The notes beneath the pieces are model-generated. The model saw only the letters and a list, made by a program, of their open reading frames with translations. It searched no databases and was not told where the DNA came from. A program made the position numbers and the translations under genes. Positions 59,705-64,000 of a stretch of DNA of 64,000 nucleotides are shown one piece after another. Source of the DNA: an uncultured Dehalococcoidia bacterium (lineage in GTDB: Bacteria > Chloroflexota > Dehalococcoidia > Lucifugimonadales > UBA3495); NCBI GenBank assembly GCA_950072105.1, contig CATMOE010000010.1:14387-78386 (forward strand), read 5' to 3'. The stretch's first letter is position 1. Each line of letters begins with the position of its first letter.

Positions 59705-61012
59705 TTGACGCTCTTACATCGTGCCCTTGATTGGCGTCCCGCCACGCCCTTTTACTATGGCTGGCTCATCCTCTTCACCGGAGCCTTGGGCACCTTCGTC
59801 GCTACCACCTTGGCTGGAGTCGTGTTTGGCGGGATCCAGGGTTTAATCTCCGAAGAGATGAACTGGAGCCGCAGCGCCATCGGGATAACCGCCGCCGCCG
59901 GAGTTTGGGGGTCGGGGCTCATCGCGCCATTCATCGGGAAGCTGGCCGACCGTCACGGTCCTCGATGGCTCATGCCCATCGGGACAGTCGTTTTGGGCGG
60001 TTGCCTATACGCCTTGGGCGGGGTCACCACCATCTGGCAATTCTTCCTCTTTGCGGTGATCGGCCGGGCCATCAGCCAACCCCTCCTCATTGGATTGGTG
60101 CCGCGCACCGTGGCGGTGAATTTTTTCGACCGTAGGCGCAACCTGGCGCTGGCATTTTCCGGGTTGTTCCGCCCGTTCACCAGCGCTATAAACATCCAGA
60201 TCATCTCCAACGTCGCCGTGGCCCGGGGTTGGCGGACATCGTTTCGCTACCTGGGAATCGTCAGCCTGATCCTAACAATTCCGTTGGTAATAGTGGTTCG
60301 CCGCCGTCCCGAAGACATTGGATTATTACCCGATGGGGCAGCCCCGATCGATTCCTCTACGATGGAAAACCGCGCAGGCGAGAGCAGAATTTCTCCCCGG
60401 CCGGCGGCAACGCAGGTGGATTGGACGGCCAAAGAAGTGATGAAAACCCGGGCGTTTTGGTTGATCGCCCTTACTTCCCTGGTGAGCGTTACCGCCGGCT
60501 CCGGCATCGGATTCAACATGGTGCCTTATTTCCACGAAAGCGCCAACCTGTCAACGCCTCAAGCCGCCGGTATATTAAGCGTCAGCACCTTTCTTTCCTT
60601 GGCAAGTCTGGGATGGGGAGCCTTGGCCGACAAGTTCACCCCCCGGCTTTGCATCATAGCGGCCATGGCCGGCGCGACGATGGCGACTATGTACTTGTTG
60701 ACGGTAAGTAACCTGGCCACCGCCTACATTTTCGGCGTGGGCTGGGGGTTGGTGAGCGCGGGGTCGGATATTCTGATATACATGGTTCTGGCCCAATACT
60801 TCGGCCGCAACGCCTACGGGACCATATCCGGGATGCTACGGCCTTTTGAAGCCGGGGGACTGGGGTTAGGGATGACTCTGGGGACCCTGTGTTACGACCT
60901 CACCGGGAGCTATAAATTGCTGATCTTGGGCAGCGTAGCCGCCCACGCCGTGGCGGCAGTTCTGGTATTTTTGGCAAAACAACCGGCGGAACCAAGGAGA
61001 GCGACGACGTAG
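59705..61012 (+). CDS. MFS transporter
   Basis: GKLADRHGPR, 12 TM segments, YFGR. Confidence 0.9.
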   Translation: MTLLHRALDWRPATPFYYGWLILFTGALGTFVATTLAGVVFGGIQGLISEEMNWSRSAIGITAAAGVWGSGLIAPFIGKLADRHGPRWLMPIGTVVLGGCLYALGGVTTIWQFFLFAVIGRAISQPLLIGLVPRTVAVNFFDRRRNLALAFSGLFRPFTSAINIQIISNVAVARGWRTSFRYLGIVSLILTIPLVIVVRRRPEDIGLLPDGAAPIDSSTMENRAGESRISPRPAATQVDWTAKEVMKTRAFWLIALTSLVSVTAGSGIGFNMVPYFHESANLSTPQAAGILSVSTFLSLASLGWGALADKFTPRLCIIAAMAGATMATMYLLTVSNLATAYIFGVGWGLVSAGSDILIYMVLAQYFGRNAYGTISGMLRPFEAGGLGLGMTLGTLCYDLTGSYKLLILGSVAAHAVAAVLVFLAKQPAEPRRATT

Positions 61013-61081
61013 CTATAAGCTCTCAGCCATCAACCATCGTTTCCTAATAAGGAGTCTTACACGACACCACTAGAACGAATC

Positions 61082-62401
61082 TTGGCGTGGCGGCCTCGGC
61101 CACCTTTCTATTATGGCTGGCTCATCTTGGCCGCCACCGGTTTAGGCAATTTCGTCGCGGCCAGCTTGGCTGGAGTCGTCCTCGGTGGGATCCAGGGTCT
61201 CATCGTCCAGGACACACGTTGGAGCCGTACCACCATAGGGTTCAGCGCGTCGGTGGGAGTCTGGATGTCCGGAGTCGTAGCTCCCATCGCCGGACGCTTA
61301 GCCGACCGCTACGGCCCGCGCTGGCTGATGCCCATAGGTACCATTCTCCTCGGTCTTTGCCTCTACTCTCTAGGTGGAGTCACAACGGTTTGGCAGTTTT
61401 TCGTGTTGGCTGTCTTGGGGCGGGCGATCAGCCAACCGCTGCTGATCGGGATCGTCCCCCGCACCCTGGCCGTAAATTTCTTTCTGGAAAGACGGAATCT
61501 CGCCCTCGCTTTTATCGGGATATTTAGGCCGGTTAACGCCGCCATCAACATTCAAGCGATCTCAATCATCGCGGTAAACCAGGGTTGGCGGACGGCGTTC
61601 CGCTACTTGGGCATCCTCAGCTTCATCTTGACCATCCCTTTAGCCCTGGTGATACGGCGGCGCCCCGAAGAAATCGGCCTATTGCCCGATGGAGCGCGGC
61701 AACGGGAAGAACCGGCGGCGCTTCCCGGCCAACCTCAACCCGGTGACGGTGTGGCCTCGACTACCCAGCCCAGCAACCTTGGCAATAAACCCCAAGAGCA
61801 CCCTTGGACCGCAAAGGAGGCGCTGCGTACTCGGGCATATTGGTTGGTTGCGACGACGGCATTCTTAGGGACCACGGCCAACACAACCATCGGGTTCAAC
61901 ATCGTGCCCTACTTGGTTGAGGAGGCAGGCCTGACCACTACGCAAGCGGCCGGTGTTTTAAGCCTGGGCACGGTACTGTCGTTAGGGAATCTCGGTTGGG
62001 GATATCTGGCGGATAGGATCACTCCCCGGTGGTGCGTTCTAGCCGCCATGGTCATGTCCGCGGCTTCGGTGCTCTTCCTGTTCCAAGTAAACTCGGTGCT
62101 TTCCGCCTACATCTTCGCAATCGTTTGGGGCCTGTCCAGCGGCACGTCCGGCGTCCTGATCTCCATGATTATCGCCCAATACTTTGGGCGGACAAACTAC
62201 GGTTCCATAGGAGGTGCGTTGCGGCCTTTCGAAGCGGGCGGGTTGGGACTTGGCCAAAGCCTGGGAGCGGTTATCTACGACATCGCCGGCAGCTACAGAT
62301 TGTTGGTGTGGACCGCGCTCTGTGCCCACATTCTGGGAGGAATCTTCATTATCTTGGCCCGCGCCCCAGCTCCGCCCCATTGCGATTCCCGGCAGTCTTA
62401 G
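61082..62401 (+). CDS. MFS transporter, tandem paralog of 59705-61012
   Basis: Shared GRAISQPLLIG.VPRT.AVNFF and LRPFEAGGLGLG. Confidence 0.9.
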   Translation: MAWRPRPPFYYGWLILAATGLGNFVAASLAGVVLGGIQGLIVQDTRWSRTTIGFSASVGVWMSGVVAPIAGRLADRYGPRWLMPIGTILLGLCLYSLGGVTTVWQFFVLAVLGRAISQPLLIGIVPRTLAVNFFLERRNLALAFIGIFRPVNAAINIQAISIIAVNQGWRTAFRYLGILSFILTIPLALVIRRRPEEIGLLPDGARQREEPAALPGQPQPGDGVASTTQPSNLGNKPQEHPWTAKEALRTRAYWLVATTAFLGTTANTTIGFNIVPYLVEEAGLTTTQAAGVLSLGTVLSLGNLGWGYLADRITPRWCVLAAMVMSAASVLFLFQVNSVLSAYIFAIVWGLSSGTSGVLISMIIAQYFGRTNYGSIGGALRPFEAGGLGLGQSLGAVIYDIAGSYRLLVWTALCAHILGGIFIILARAPAPPHCDSRQS

Positions 62402-62418
62402 GTCAACATTTGCATCCG

Positions 62419-63330
62419 CTAATGCGATTCCAGACCTTCACGGAAGGCCGCCGACGATACGCCAAAGTGGTCTTTGAAGGCCCGCGAAAAATGACTGCGG
62501 CTGTTGAATCCCACCAGGTGGGCGACCTGCTTTATCGATGTCGACCCCTTTTGGCGCAACTGCTCGGCGGCCTTCCGTAGCCTCATATCGTGCAGGAAGC
62601 TTATCGGCGTGGACCCAAAGGTTTCTCGAAATCGCTCGGCAAACACGGACCGGCTCATGATCGCCTCATCGGCAAGGGAGTCGACCGTATGCGGCGCTTC
62701 GGGATGCTCGAATATCACGTCAACCGCCCGCGAAAGATTCGGGTCCTCCAATCCCGGCAACCAGGGCAACCGGCCGTCGGACTGTTCGGTCAAGTAACGC
62801 AATAGATACACGATGCATTGGGTCATAAGCGCCTTGGTTAACGTCGCGCTCCCCTCAGTGGCGCCACCCTGCTCGGCGAGGATCCCCTCGAAGGCAAGCC
62901 GTACCTGGGGATAGCCGGAAAGGTCGGCAACGATTATTTCACGCAGGCGATGAAACAGGCCCAGTGAATCACCATAGGTTACGTTTACCGCCCCACAGGC
63001 TACTCGCAGCTCAGCGGACACCTGATTTCCAGCGACCAAGCGGACGACGCCCTCACCGGTTGGGGGCGCTTCAATGACCCGTTCCGACTGCACGTTTATG
63101 CCACACTCCAAAGTGTGACCAACGCCGCTGGGCACCACGGCCAGAGAAAAGCGCTCCAGCGGGTATTCTTCCCCTTCCGGCCCCCGCAGAATACCGCTTC
63201 CCTGCATGACGAAATGAAACATGACGCCGGGTGGTCCGGACAGCCGCAACCGCCAGCCCGAGCTCAGCAGGCACGTAGCAAAGGGCTCGGAGTGAACGGT
63301 CACGTAATCGAGGAGTTTGTCCAGTAACAT
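62419..63330 (-). CDS. AraC family regulator with N-terminal cupin domain
   Basis: FHFV..G, MSRSVFAERF, VGFNSRSHFSRAFK; divergent from the hydrolase gene. Confidence 0.9.
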   Translation of the reverse strand: MLLDKLLDYVTVHSEPFATCLLSSGWRLRLSGPPGVMFHFVMQGSGILRGPEGEEYPLERFSLAVVPSGVGHTLECGINVQSERVIEAPPTGEGVVRLVAGNQVSAELRVACGAVNVTYGDSLGLFHRLREIIVADLSGYPQVRLAFEGILAEQGGATEGSATLTKALMTQCIVYLLRYLTEQSDGRLPWLPGLEDPNLSRAVDVIFEHPEAPHTVDSLADEAIMSRSVFAERFRETFGSTPISFLHDMRLRKAAEQLRQKGSTSIKQVAHLVGFNSRSHFSRAFKDHFGVSSAAFREGLESH

Positions 63331-63483
63331 CGCCGCAGTTCTCCCATAATTCGTGCAACAATGAAAACCCGGACGGCGCGGCACGTTTCGCGGACCTATC
63401 CGCACATGGGTGGCCTTATTATCCTTGCAGACCGCATCGGCGGCAGGATTTTCAAATCAATCACACGAAGGGAGAAGAACATC

Positions 63484-63810
63484 ATGGCTTACAGCGCGCA
63501 AGACACGGCAATCGTCATCACGGACCCTCAGAACGACTTCCTCAGCCCCGATGGGTTAACCTGGGGATTGGTGGGCGCCAGCGTCGAAGCAAACGTCACC
63601 GTGGGGCACATCGAACAGCTCTTCCGGGCCGCCAAGGGAAAGGGTTACGACGTATTCATCTCGCCCCATTACTACTACCCGACCGACCGAGAGTGGAAGT
63701 TTGGCGGCACCTTGGAAAACATGATGCATGAGATCAGCATGTTCGACCGCAAGGGCGCGCTCACCGTCGAAGGCTTCACGGGATCCGGGGCGGACTGGCT
63801 GGAGCAATGA
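63484..63810 (+). pseudogene. Isochorismatase family cysteine hydrolase truncated by IS insertion
   Basis: DPQNDFL, GSGADW; stop TGA supplied by the IS terminus; catalytic C-terminal half absent. Confidence 0.85.
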
Positions 63811-64000
63811 GGTGGTCCCGGTTATTTGAACAATAACGGGGCTAGATTAAGAGAGTCTTCCGCTGCCAGAGGAGTTGTGTTGACTCCGGGAATTAAAACC
63901 ACTTCTTGCCCTGCTGGTCGTTCCCTTGGCTGTTCCCGTTGGAACATCTCCTGGGGTGTCCGGTAGCCTAAAGCCTGGTGGGGGCGCACCCGGTTGTAGA
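63808..64000 (-). mobile_element. IS3 family element, right end (transposase C-terminus 63822 to beyond 64000)
   Basis: Minus frame YNRVRPHQALGYRTP integrase-core tail; element ends ...GGACCACCTCA (TG...CA terminus). Confidence 0.88.

Noticed and set aside
1397..63807. Many long antisense or overlapping ORFs in the track (e.g. 1458-2186, 21361-22203, 45935-46762, 53016-53783)
   Set aside because: Shadow frames of real genes, expected at high GC, with no family motifs.
63808..63810. TGA as a second selenocysteine codon
   Set aside because: Downstream sequence is an IS end, not hydrolase sequence, and it is not a Cys position.

Overview
A gene-dense, GC-rich bacterial window of about 65 CDSs, mostly metabolic enzymes and transporters. 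No rRNA, tRNA or CRISPR array was seen. Gene content (luciferase-like monooxygenase, enolase-superfamily racemase, SDRs, paralogous MFS transporters, an archaellum ArlF/FlaF-like gene) suggests Chloroflexota, possibly SAR202/Dehalococcoidia; this is inference only. Sulfur and selenium recur as a theme. (1) An unannotated, apparently leaderless 20-aa Cys-rich leader peptide (37133-37195) with a full 1:2/2:3/3:4 attenuator precedes a sulfite/nitrite reductase-hemD operon. (2) A rhodanese has its catalytic Cys codon replaced by an in-frame TGA followed by a SECIS-like hairpin, so it is a probable selenoprotein; selB is in the same window. (3) A cluster of thiol dioxygenase, MFS, 4x rhodanese, atypical acyl-CoA dehydrogenase, cupin and sulfite oxidase looks like an organothiol catabolic pathway. 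Other oddities: a 111-bp duplicate of the selB 5' end, differing only at synonymous sites, brackets an AT-richer DUF4926 cassette; an orphan ArlF-like gene is joined by a frameshift to six exact 156-bp repeats; a Cys-rich PadR precedes arsM; there is a two-state RNA leader, several REP-like families, several pseudogenes and an IS3 insertion at the right edge. All family calls come from motif recognition by eye, not database searches.
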